NCBI RefSeq assembly: GCF_009914755.1
Contig: NC_060928.1
From: the human T2T-CHM13v2.0 reference genome, Homo sapiens
Length of the DNA: 64,000 nt
Reading direction: 5' to 3' (one strand)
Below are positions 1-14,353 of this stretch, one piece after another. Under the pieces are notes generated by a model. The model was given only the letters and a program-made list of their open reading frames with translations, did not search any database and had not been told where the DNA came from. Position 1 is the stretch's first letter; the number at the start of each line of letters is the position of its first letter. A program made the position numbers and the translations under genes.

Positions 1-307
1 GAAGGCCATCCGGAGAGGAGCCGTGACCTTTAGTTGACGTCACAGCTGTCCCTAGGGGACATCACAGGGAAGGAGCTGAGAATTGACCTTGCTCTTCTTC
101 TCCACTTGGTCTAGCTAGGGTGCAAGGGTAGAAGTTGGTGTAGTCCCTCCAGGTCACCCTCTTCAGGCAGAGAGCAGGCAGCAGAAGGGTGGATAGTGGA
201 TCCAGAGGAGCAAGTGAACGGAAGACCCCTGCCACATCAACTATTTACAGAAACTGCACCTAAATTAGAGTGACAAAGCTTTGATTGTAGGGATGGGAAA
301 AGGTACC

Positions 308-737
308 TGTCTTGGTCCTTTTCTGTTGTTATATATGCAACAGAATATATATAATAACATATTATATAAAACATATTGTGTGTGTGTGTGTGTATATATA
401 TCTCTTTATGTATATAAAGGAATTTCTTTCTTATAGTTTAGAGGCTGAAAAGTTCAAGATCAAGGGGCTGCATCAGTTGAGGGCCTTCTTGCCGATGGGG
501 ACTCTCTGCAGAGACCAGAGGTGGCACAGGGCAGGCATCACATGGTGAGGGGGCTGAGTGTGCTAGCTCAGTTCTCTCTTCCTCTTCTTAAAAAGCTACC
601 AGCCCCTCTCCTATTCCAACCCATTAATCTATTAATGGATTGATCCATTCATGAGAAGCCCCACCTCTCAGTACTGCCACATTGAGGATTAAATTTCAAC
701 ATGAGTTTTGAAGGGGACAAATATTCAAACTGCAGCA
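308..737. mobile_element. MaLR LTR (MST/MLT1A-like) containing a (TA)/(TG) microsatellite
   Basis: Typical MaLR motifs GAGGCTGAAAAGTTCAAGATCAAGG and TTTCAACATGAGTTTTGAAGGGGACAAATATTCAAAC...CA. Confidence 0.75.
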
Positions 738-1351
738 GTCTCTAACTATAACTTATCTTATTAGTCAGAAGTTGTGGAATTTATGCTAGGCCCAAACTTA
801 GGGTTTGGGGGACAGATATTAAATGTCATCTCCTAAGATAGACACCAGAAAGCCAAGTTGTCAGAATATCCCTGCAGGACTTATAATGGGCACACCAACC
901 AACATTCCCCTTCCTCCCAGTGTACAGAAAGAGAGAACTGGGAAAGTGGAAAGGTGATTTTTAGGCCCTAAGGAGTACAGTATTCCTGATGAGAAACGCT
1001 TGAAGAGATGTACAGAGATCAAAAGTGCTTGCAAGATAGAGTGACTTGCATCTAGTTTCTTGGCTGAATGCTTGCCGAGTTGCAGAATACACAGGTCCAG
1101 TTAGGTGATGCTACCAAAGTAATGCATGGTCAGGCAGTTCTTGGGAGAGTGCTGTGGTCTCCTGAAGTGTGGGGTATGCAGGAACATGGATGCTGAGTCC
1201 GTTTCTGGCCTAGAGAACCTTAATGGTAGAGGTCACCACTGAATGACCCATGCCAGCAGGGCTTGAAGGAACGGTGGTGAGGTGTAATTAGGAAGGAAAC
1301 AAGATAAAACAAGGTAACCATCCTCCCCATCCTGGCTCCAACGGGATGTGA

Positions 1352-1643
<292 letters not shown>

Positions 1644-2611
1644 TACTATATAGGTTCTTAACTACCTTTTCAATAGTAGATAGAATACCAGCCACTATTG
1701 CATGGGGCAGTTATACCACTTTTAAAAATATTTTTTAAAGATTCCTCTACAATATATATGAACAAACAATTTGCACAGAAGCTATTTGGTAAATTATGTA
1801 CATGATGTGCTTAACCACAGCAGTATTTATAGCACTGGCAAAATACTATCTAAATGACCTAAAATACGAGGATAGTGAAATGAACTATACACATATCAAC
1901 TTGACAAAATTTAATTCTTAAAATACAAATTCTATAAATTATGTAGCAAGAAAGGAAATTATAATGTTAAGTAAGAAGAGTAGCATATGAAAATATTCCT
2001 AGACTATGATTGTAATAGTGCAAAAAAGGGCATAAACCAATGTACAAATAAAACAAGAATAACTGATGTCTTAGGCTAGTGGAATGTGGGTGATGTCTTT
2101 TTTGTATTCATTACTTCTGTTGTTATAAAATTGCTTACACAGTAAATGAAATCAAAGGCCTAAAAAAGCTAAACAAATGGGTGGAAGAAGAATAGGCAGC
2201 TATTAGACAACTCTTGAGGAATTTTGCTGTACAGAGACGCACAAAATGGGGTACTATCTGGAGGAGGGGTGTGAGGTCAGGGGAGGGAGGAGCTTTGTTG
2301 AAAATAGGAAAAATAGGTACATATTTTTATGCTGATGAGAATGAGCTATTAGAAGGAAAGAACTGATGGTAGAGAAAGCAGAGCTGCTCAGCAAAGTCCT
2401 TCAGTAAAGGAGAGAAAATGTGTACCCAACACTTAAGTGGATTTAGGCCTTGGTAGGGACAGGAGGTCTCAATCTGCAGTAACAGAGGGCAGGTCCAGGG
2501 CCAGGTCGAATGTATAGAAACAGATGCAGTGGGTTAGCTATTTGATGGTGGAAAGTTGAGGAAATTCTCTTTTGATTGATTCCGTTATCTCAGTGAAATA
2601 AGAAGCAGGGG

Positions 2612-2915
<304 letters not shown>

Positions 2916-3844
2916 AAATAAGAAGTAAAGCGAGGTCAACTAAGAGTGAAGGTTATTGGAAGTTTAAGGAAATTGGAGACGATATGAAAGAGTTAATGGA
3001 CTAAGACACTATGGTAGAATTTCCTGAGAGAACCAAGGGGGCAGTAACAGATCTTATTGCCATATCCTGTGAATGTGTCTTAACTATGTAGTGTCAATTC
3101 CTTGAACACACAGCCTTCCTTCTTTCCCTGACTCTTAAAGAAAAGAGTTTTGTTTCAGCATCATGAATTGTTCCTAGTTTGTAAAAGGAGTTGGGCAATT
3201 GCAATTATCCACCTTTTTCATTTTATGTGAACAGTGAGATTGAAAGTACACCTCTAGGAAGCCATCTTGGAGTGTCAGTTTGCATTTACTCTTGGAGTGT
3301 TTTATCATTATGCAAGAACATCTTCCGGAAACAGCAGAATGAACTGATCTTAGACACTGACGCCCCACCCATCAGAAGCCATAATCTATGATTTATGGGT
3401 GTGAATTAGATTGTAGATTTTCAAGGGAAATGATGCTCCTCAGCAACTGCACAAAATAAAGAAATCTGTATTGTTTTGCTCTGTATGAGTGTAGTCTGTT
3501 TTTTTGTGTTTTTTTTTTTGTTTTTTTTCATTTGATGGTTTTAAGTGAAGACAGGACCACACAAATTGCATGACTAACTCCTCAAGAGTTAGGTACTTTT
3601 TGCAGCCATTTGCAGCCTACACACTGATGTCATGAGTACTATTTAGTATCAATGAGGTGGATAATGAGAGCACGCTAGGATTTATTCTAAGTGGATCAGG
3701 AAATGGGGGAAAACAGGAAACTCTGAAGGAAAAAAACACATTAAAACAAAAGAAATTAAAATAAGTGCTTTAAATAATTCACAAAGAAAATGGTCAATAT
3801 ATATGTTCTCCTTTGTTCCTTTAAAGATATATGTTACACGACAA

Positions 3845-4147
<303 letters not shown>

Positions 4148-4870
4148 GATACATGTTACATGATGAATGTGATGAGCAGAAAAGAATGAGTAGAAGGTAA
4201 GAGTACCTGACTGAGATTTCTTATCTATTCTTCAGCTATCCAGCTCATGGAAACCACAGTGGTCCATCTCTGTGCAAAATGACAATCTTTCCCTTCAAGA
4301 CTGCAAGTCAAAATTTTAAACTTTTATAGCCTAAAGTTGTTTCCTGTCTCTACGGAAACTTAAACCAGGGAGTATTGCTTTGAACATTGGTGTTTTAGGC
4401 ACTTTTCGGATAACATTGAAATGACTATTTCCTAGCATTTGGCAGACTTAAACCTAACAAATCACAAAACAAGAAATATAAATGTCCAAGGAAAAAAAGT
4501 TCTAAGTAATTTTTGAATTCTATAGTAATTTTAAAATTCAAATTAAGCCAATAATGAATTACCACTTTTTGCACGTCAAGTTGTCTGAAGATTGTTTTAA
4601 GACAATGCCTAATGGTGAAGAGAATGTGGAGAAAGAGACTCTCATGATGATTTTGGGGAAGGTTTAAGTCGACACACCTTCTTCAGACTACTTGATAAAA
4701 TGTAACCCAAAGTTTAAAAACATTCACTTGTTTAACAAAAGTATTTATAGAACATCTATGTCAAAGGCTGGAAATTACATTCTATCAAATGACTAGACAT
4801 TACATAAATAATTACAAGTACAATGAGGCCTGTGAAAGAAAAATCAAAGGGACATAGAGACAAGGAATTA

Positions 4871-5230
<360 letters not shown>

Positions 5231-6235
5231 TTACATGTCCACAGACAGCGTATGAAATAAGCTATGGTATATCCATGTATTGAAATAATATGATGGCATT
5301 AAGAATAAAGCTATAGAAAAACAATAGAAATGTTCATAATATATTGATAAATAGAAAATAAGGTGATAAAACAGTGTATTCAATATGATGGAGTTTCATA
5401 AAAAGCTATATATATCTATCTATTCATCTATCTATGAAGAATATGTCAGCAAAATGTTCTAATGATAATTTTTGGCTGGGGATTAATATAGCAATATTTT
5501 CTTCTTTGTGTTTATCTTCATGAACATTCTTATAGGCATAAAAATAACAAGTATATAATTGGACACAAGGTAACTAATGTTTGAGAGAGATAATCTAAGG
5601 GACATATAATCAACTACTCTTCTGCATTACCTATAGTCTGTCCTTGTCTTAATTAGATCAACAGAATGCAATGTTCTCGAAATTCATTACTTTAATCCCC
5701 TGAAGAAATGCTGTTACAAAGTTATGATTGAATGTTGAATCTTTGGCTTTTATTAAGATGATGTGACTAATATTTTCTTAATCTTTTGCAAATTTATAGT
5801 CCAAGACATATGCCCTTATGTTACTACTTCTTTTGTAAGGAGCCATTCAACAAGTTTATAAGAGAATTGATGCTAGGAAAGAGTTTATTTTCCAGTGAGT
5901 TTTTATCAAACAGTATAAATTTTAGAACATGTCTTACTTTCCTTATTTCCTTGTCTGCCAGGAATATTAGAGCTAACTTTAGTGACCAATTAAGGTAACG
6001 ATTTGGCTCCTGGTACAATTAATTTTGTCCTATAAGTGCTTTATGCTGCTCATTTTAATTTTAAAACTCTCTTTCTTATGTCTTTTAATAGGCAAGTCAT
6101 CCCAAATTTTAAAAAAATAGACATGTGAAGTAGAGAGATTTCCATATGTTCTATAATAAATAAATAACAAAAACTAGAAATTAGAATTCTTTGCTGATCA
6201 CGTATATGTATATTGCTAGAGTTTAAACATAGTTG

Positions 6236-6594
<359 letters not shown>

Positions 6595-7233
6595 TCAGCC
6601 TATTTGAATTCCAACGTGTTCTAAATGTAATCTTTACAGTAACTTCATTACTTTATTAGTAAACTACTGGTCAAAACATTAGCTTTTCAGCTAGCTTATT
6701 GTTTTGGAGAGTTAATGAAATGTATTGTGTTATCAAAGAATGGATATTGTGAAAACATTTGATATTTTCAAGTCTAGCCAAATCCCATTCCCGCTTTTTA
6801 AAAAATCACTACTCATTCCTTCTGTGTTACTTTCATGAGAAGACCTTAACCTTAAGAACACTAAGTTGAGATGAAATTTCATATTCCCCTAATGACTAGG
6901 GGCTGAGGTGGTCAAATGACCTTTTCCTTCCTGGGAGTGACTGCTGTAGGTCAGGCTTGAGGTCATTGGCTGGAGAGTCACAAACAAAGTCATAGTTTTG
7001 GCTAAGGGTATAGTAAACTTGGACTGCAGACAAAGCTAATGCTTCCTCAGTGATGAAAGAGAAAAAAATTAGTCCTCTCTTTTGAACACAGACCAACATT
7101 GACTATAATCAGCCACTTCTGGTGGGTTGAAGTTAATGATATTCTGAATCTGGTACTTAGTGCTGCAGAGATGGAAGAACCCTGTGGTGACCAATTCTCC
7201 TGTATCTAGAAAGGTTAATAAAAGAAGTGTCCA

Positions 7234-9395
7234 GTCTCAGTCTCAGTCTCCCTCTCCCTCTCCCTCTCCCTCTCCCCACGGTCTCCCTCTCCCCACGGTC
7301 TCCCTCTCCCTCTCTTTCCACGGTCTCCCTCTGATGCCGAGCCGAAGCTGGACTGTACTGCTGCCATGTCGGCTCACTGCAGCCTCCCTGCCTGATTCTC
7401 CTGCCTCAGCCTGCTGAGTGCCTGCGATTTCAGGCGCGCGCCGCCACGCCTGATTGGTTTTCGTATTTTTTTGGTGGAGACGGGGTTTCGCTGTGTTGGC
7501 CGGGCTGGTCTCCAGCTCCTAACCGCGAGTGATCCGCCAGCCTCAGCCTCCGGAGGTGCCGGGATTGCAGACGGTGTCTGGTTCACTCAGTGCTCAATGG
7601 TGCCCAGGCTGGAGTGCAGTGGCGTGATCTCGGCTCGCTACAACCTCCACCTCCCAGCCGCCTGCCTTGGCCTCCCAAAGTGCCCAGAGTGCAGCCTCTG
7701 CCCGGCCTCCACCCCGTCTAGGAAGTGAGGAGCGTCTCTGCCTGGCCGCCCATCGTCTGGGATGTGAGGAGCCCCTCTGCCTGGCTGCCCAGTCTGGAAA
7801 GTGAGGAGCGTCTCTGTCCGGCCGCCATCCCATCTAGGAAGTGAGGAGCGCCTCTTCCCGGCCACCATCCCATCTAGGAAGCGAGGAGCGTCTCTGCCCG
7901 GCCGCCCATCGTCTGAGATGTGGGGAGCGCCTTTGCCCCGCCGCCCCGTCTGGGATGTGAGGAGCGCCTCTGCCCAGCTGCGACCCCGTCTGGGAGGTGA
8001 GGAGCGTCTCTGCCCAGCCGCCCCATCTGAGAAGGGAGGAGACCCTCCGCCCGGCAACCGCCCCGTCTGAGAAGTGAGGAGCCCCTCCGCCCAGCAGCCG
8101 CCCCGTCTGAGAAGTGAGGAGCCCCTCCGCCCAGCAGCCGCCCCGTCTGAGAAGTGAGGAGCCCCTCCGCCCGGCAGCCACCCCGTCTGGGAAGTGAGGA
8201 GCCTCTCTGCCCGGCAGCCGACCCGTCCGGGAGGGGGGTGGGGGGGTCAGCCCCCTGCCCAGCCAGCCGCCTTGTCCAGGAGGTGAGGGGCGCCTCTGCC
8301 CGGCCGCCCCTACTGGGAAGTGAGGAGCCCCTCTGCCCGGCCAGCCGCCCCGTCCAGGAGGGAGGTGGGGGGGTCAGACCCCTGCCCAGCCAGCCGCCTT
8401 GTCCAGGAGGTGAGGGGCGCCTCTGCCCGGCCGCCCCTACTGGGAAGTGAGGAGCCCCTCTGCCCGGCCAGCCGCCCCGTCCGGGAGGGAGGTGGGGGGG
8501 TCAGCCCCCCGCCCGGCCAGCCGCCTCGTCCGGGAGGTGAGGGGCGCCTCTGCCCGGCCGCCCCTACTGGGAAGTGAGGAGCCCCTCTGCCCGGCCAGCC
8601 GCCCCGTCCAGGAGGGAGGTGGGGGGGTCAGCCCCCGGCCCGGCCAGCCGCCCGGTCGGGGAGGGAGGTGGGGGGGTCAGCCCCCCACCCGGCCAGCCGC
8701 CCTGTCCGGGAGGTGAGGGGCGCCTCTGCCCGGCCGCCCCTACTGGGAAGTGAGGAGCCCCTCTGCCCAGCCACCACCCCGTCTGGGAGGTGTGCCCAAC
8801 AGCTGGTTGAGAACGGGCCATGATGACAATGGCGGTTTTGTGGAATAGAAAGCGGGGAAAGGTGGGGAAAAGATTAGAAATCGGATGGTTGCCGTGTCTG
8901 TGTGGAAAGAAGTAGACATGGGAGACTTTTTATTTTGTTCTGTACTAAGAAAAATTCTTCTGCCTTGGGATCCTGTTGATCTGTGACCTTACCCCGCAAC
9001 CCTGTGCTCTCTGAAACATGTGCTGTGTCCACTCAGGGTTAAATGGATTAAGGGCAGTGCAAGATGTGCTTTGTGAAACAGATGCTTGAAGGCAGCATGC
9101 TCGTTAAGAGTCATCACCACTCCCTAATCTCAAGAACCCAGGGACACAAACACTGCGGAAGGCCTCAGGGTCCTCTGCCTAGGAAAACCAGAGACCTTTG
9201 TCACTTGTTTATCTGCTGACCTTCCCTCCACTATTGTCCTATGACCCTGCCAAATCCCCCTCTGTGAGAAACACCCAAGAATGATCAATAAAAAAAAAAA
9301 ATGCATAATTTTAGCATAAATACTCTAGAAATATTCCTTTTGTTTGCTATGTGTTATTGTTAATAAAGGAGATCCTACATCTAAAAAAAAAAAAA
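7234..9395 (+). mobile_element. Full-length SVA retrotransposon (young, probably subfamily D-F) with 3' transduced segment
   Basis: (CCCTCT)n head about 7234-7275; antisense Alu-like domain about 7330-7700; GC-rich VNTR about 7700-8790; SINE-R about 8790-9292 ending AATAAA and poly(A); second poly(A) 9383-9399. A 14-bp TSD AAAAGAAGTGTCCA lies at 7220-7233 and 9396-9409. Confidence 0.98.
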
Positions 9396-9466
9396 AAAAG
9401 AAGTGTCCATAATAAGTAGATTCTGTATCTGGAGCTCTGAAATGTTTCTATGACTTTTTGCTGTAA

Positions 9467-9781
<315 letters not shown>

Positions 9782-10289
9782 TGTGCTGTAATGTACTCTT
9801 CTTATTCAGTCTTTGAAAAAAAAGCACTTGATGATACGTGGGAATCTGCACAATTATCACAAAACATGAATATGGTAGCCAATGTTGCCCTCTTTTGAAA
9901 ACCACCTATCTTGTCAATGTCCCCTTAAGATGTAGATCTTCCAAATGTGATCTGTTTGGAGGAATTACAACATCATATCATCTGGTCACTAAACATCTGT
10001 TAAGGAAACCCAGTTATGTTAGCTTTTTAGGTAGTAGCTTTACCCTTTTGGCCTCTATTAACCATGTGATCAGTTTTATATGACTTTTTACCAAGCCAGT
10101 TTCTGCCGTGCTATACTTGCCAAACTGATTTTTTTTAACTTAGATGTAGAACTTTATTTATATCTACATCACAAATTTTATCTTAACCTTTTAACTTGTA
10201 GAAAGGCTCTTACATTTTAATTTTGTCATCTATTCTACTAATTAGCATTCTCAGATTTATGACATTAAGATTTTGGCAAGAATGACACC

Positions 10290-10930
10290 TCTACAAAGAT
10301 GTGAGCACTGTTGGTGGAACTATAACTCAGTACAGCTATTTTGGAGGTGAATTTGACAGCGTCTCTTAAAATGGAATATGCAAGGACCCGGTGAATTCAT
10401 TAGTGAGTAGTGCCTCTGGAGAATAACTCAAATATATGCACACAGGGGCAAGTGCAAAGATGGCCACTGCATCACTGTTTATAACAGCAATGATTTGTAT
10501 GCAACCTGCATGTACATCCATGCTGCATTATGTAGCACAGATATATCATACTCTGGAATACTCTGTTGCAGTTAAAATGAGCAAGGTAGATCCAGACTTA
10601 ACTAACATGGAAAAACTTATATATACTGAGTGAAAATGCGAGCTGCTGAAAGATAAGAACGCTATGATACCATTTATATATACAAACATGGACACCCACA
10701 CAAAACAATAGTTTCTTCTCTGTGGGTGCATATATGTATGTAAATGCACAAAGAAAGTCTGAAATGACACACACCAAACTGAGAAAAGTGGTTTCATCTG
10801 AGGAGAAGTGACAGTGGTTGGGGGTGGAGTCTAAAGGATACTCTCACTATTATCTGTAATACTTTATTTTTTTTACAAAGATATTGAATTCATATGTTTC
10901 TTAACTAATTAAAAGCTAATAACAAAAAAG
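10290..10930 (+). mobile_element. Old L1M 3' region remnant
   Basis: Degenerate L1 motifs (CACTGTTGGTGGAAC..., CACTGCATCACTGTTTATAACAGCAA, GGAATACTCTGTTGCAGTTAAAATGA, ATGATACCATTTATATA). Confidence 0.65.
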
Positions 10931-11032
10931 AATAAAAACAGATCTAATTCAAGTTGTCAATAAAAGTGTTCAAAAGAAAAACAGCCTTAAACTCATATTA
11001 AAAAGTATTTCTATATCTTAAAAAAAAAATAC

Positions 11033-11323
11033 AGCTGGCATGGAGGCTCACATCTGTAATCCCAGCAACTTTGAGAGGCCCAGATGGGCTGATGGCTTGA
11101 GCCAAGGAGTTTGAGATCAACTTGGGCAACATGGTGAAAACCATCTCTACAAAAAAATTTTAAAAATTAGCCAGGCATGGTGGCCCACACCTGTAGTCCT
11201 AGCTACTCAGAAGGCTGAGGTGGGAGGATCACCTAAGCCCTGAGGTGAGTAGTAGAGGCTGCAGTGAGCCAAGATGGTGTCACTGCACTCCATTCTGGGC
11301 GATGTGAGTGAGACACAGTCTCA

Positions 11324-11351
<28 letters not shown>
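11033..11351 (+). mobile_element. Alu (AluJ-like)
   Basis: Diverged dimer with GAGGTGGGAGGATCAC in the right arm; A tail. Confidence 0.9.
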
Positions 11352-11354
<3 letters not shown>

Positions 11355-11814
11355 TAATGCATTTAAAAGAAGAAACCAATTTTAGGACTACCTGCATGAG
11401 AAAGTCCGGGGACGTCTTCTCACTGGAGAATTCTCAATGTGCACTTGTGAATATTTGGCGAATTGCATTAAATCAACCTATGCTATCTCCTATATACCAT
11501 GATGTGGCCAATTTCTAGGCCCTCATGTTTTCATGTTCAGTAGGCTCTAGTACCGTATGTATTTCGGTTTCACCTCTAATAGTGGAACTGAAATCTAAAA
11601 TACCTGATAGCCCAACTTGGAGGAGCAAGGCAAAAAGTAGATGAAGGGATTCTTCCCAAGCTCTTCTCTCAATATACGAGTGTAGCCATTTTTCCAGTGG
11701 GAAGGATAAGATAGGAGTGCAGATGTCACCAGAGAGCTGTCCCCTGGACTCCTACAGGACACGGCCAGAGATGATACATGGCATCTTTACTTTCTGGACC
11801 TGCTGCATTTACTT

Positions 11815-12265
11815 ATTTTTTTCTTTTCTTTTTAAAAAAATATTATTTAGTACTCAAAAATCTTCATTTTTAAATGTAACTCTCTGAATCCGTGCTCATG
11901 CCTTCAACACTTTCACTCCACTGCTCCTCGGAGGAAAGCATGCTTGATCCAGTCACAGACACATTTAGCACATGTGGAACAACAGTAGACCCTGCTGATG
12001 TGTTTTTGTTTTAGACAATCTCATAAGAACTTTATGTCTCACAGCACCAACTCAATGAAGTCGGCCTAGGCACACACCACATACAGATTTTGGTGCTTTT
12101 TCAACCTTGTTGGTATAAAAGTAGACAATTACATTACCAGGGTTTCGGGACGGCATAGTTGTGTTAGAGGCTGTATTGTGGGGAAGCCCACAACGTTAGG
12201 TCAAAAGCTGGACCATTCTGAGTACCTCTAGACACCATCCCCTGAAGACAAAAAAAAAAAAAAAA
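11815..12265 (-). pseudogene. RPL34 processed pseudogene
   Basis: Minus strand from ATG at 12216 reads [69 protein letters not shown], collinear with RPL34 ([53 protein letters not shown]). Intronless, stop at codon 7 (12196-12198), decayed A-rich tail near 11815-11833, 5'UTR present. Confidence 0.95.
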
Positions 12266-12411
12266 GCATTTTCTCTTTTTTCTTGACAAATTTCATATCA
12301 AATTATTGTATTTTTCTCACTATGTATATTTTAAAATAACCTATTTAAGTAGAGAAAAAAATGCATGCGTATGGTGAAAACAAATCAAGGAGTACAAAAA
12401 CAGTACCATGA

Positions 12412-12810
<399 letters not shown>

Positions 12811-12859
12811 CTATGTCTATGCAAGCATATATACTGTATGTATGTATGTCTTCCTTCAA

Positions 12860-13565
12860 AAAATAGAAGTATATTATGGACACTGCAGTATATCTTACTT
12901 TTTTTACTTGTTTTCTACTTTTTCAACATATCTTAGAGATCATTTCATAGCCATAACATATAGGTCTACTTTATGTATTAAAAAACTACAAAGTTCATTA
13001 TAGAGTTATATCTGGCAATGATAGGCTTTCAATAATTTATTAAATAAATGTATCTACTATCATTTCTTTTTACTAGCCCCTATTGATAACCATTTATATT
13101 GCTTATTTTCAGTCTTTTGCAACCACAAGCAAAGTTCAAGCACATATGTACATACATCTTTGGGCACATGTATGAATATGTCTGTAGAATAAATTTCCAG
13201 AAAGGAAAATCCTGGATCTAAAGGTATACTTATCTCAAATATTGAAAGTTATTGCTGATTAGACCTCCCACCAACAGTGAGAGTAACTGTTACTTTATAC
13301 TACTGCTATAATTATTAAACGTTTTAACTGGGCCCATCTGAGTAGAAGAAGAATAGATCTCATTCTAGGTTTAATTTGTACTTTTTTTACTCACATTTTA
13401 AACATCCATTTACATTTCTTTTTCTACAAACTACCTCTTTATATACCTTTGCCCATGGATCTTTTCTCATTGACAGTTAAGATCTCTTTCTGTATTTAGA
13501 AGATTAGCTTTGATGTCAAAGACACTGTGTATTTTCCCAGTTTGTCCTTTGTCTATTACTTTGTT
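12860..13565 (-). mobile_element. Old L1M remnant (antisense)
   Basis: T-rich degenerate L1 motifs (CTCCCACCAACAGTGAGAGT, ATCTCATTCTAGGTTTAATTTG, TATACCTTTGCCCAT). Confidence 0.6.
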
Positions 13566-14046
13566 TAGAGCAGGGCAACACTGGTGGTGAGGACTTGCTT
13601 TCCACAACCAAGGAGCAGTCTGCCCCAAAGATAAATTCAAATTCTTGCTTCTTGCAAGGTTGCTTTAAAATGGTAAGTTTTTTCCTCCTAGTATTGGCAT
13701 ATTTTTAAAAAAAAAGCCTTGAATTCAGAGTCAGGATGCCCCTTTTAATTAATATCTAAATAAGAACAAATGAACAATGAGATCAGAATCTCTGTAATCT
13801 GAGTACGTTACACAGAAGATAAAGAATAACAGGGCCTTCCTGGAAAGGGCCATCTTTGTAACATGTTTATTATAAATAACAATTTATATGAATGAACTTA
13901 ATGTAGGAAACACTCAGCTCCTTTGATTCAATAGCTCCTCCAATGCAACTCTTAGAAAAGTGTTGGGCTAATTAAAAAAAATATAGAACATATGAATAAA
14001 CATAATTACTTCTAGCATCATTCTCATTAAAAGGTTAAAAAACCTG

Positions 14047-14353
14047 GGCCCGGTGCGGTGGCTCACGCCTGTAATCCCAGCAATTTGGGAGGCTGAGGCG
14101 GGTGGATCACCTGAGGTCAGGAGTTCAAGACCAGCCTGGCGAACATGGAGAAACCCCGTCTCTACTAAAAATACAAAAATTAGCCAGGCATGGTGGCACA
14201 TGCCTGTAATCCCAGCTACTAGGGGGGCTGAGGCAGAAGGATCATTTGAACCTGGGAGGCAGAGGTTGCAGTGAGCCGAGATCATGCCACTCTATTCCAG
14301 CCTGGACAACAGAGTAAGACTCCATCTCAAAAAGAAAGAAAGAAAGAAAGAAA
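14047..14353 (+). mobile_element. Alu (AluS-like) with (GAAA)n tail
   Basis: Full dimer; TSD-like TTAAAAA(A)CC. Confidence 0.95.

Noticed and set aside
8064-8770. Regularly spaced direct repeats superficially like a CRISPR array
   Set aside because: The intervening sequence is itself repeated (no unique spacers), no cas genes, human context; this is the SVA VNTR.
7160-8821. Cluster of overlapping repetitive ORFs
   Set aside because: All derive from the SVA Alu-like and VNTR domains; SVA is non-coding.
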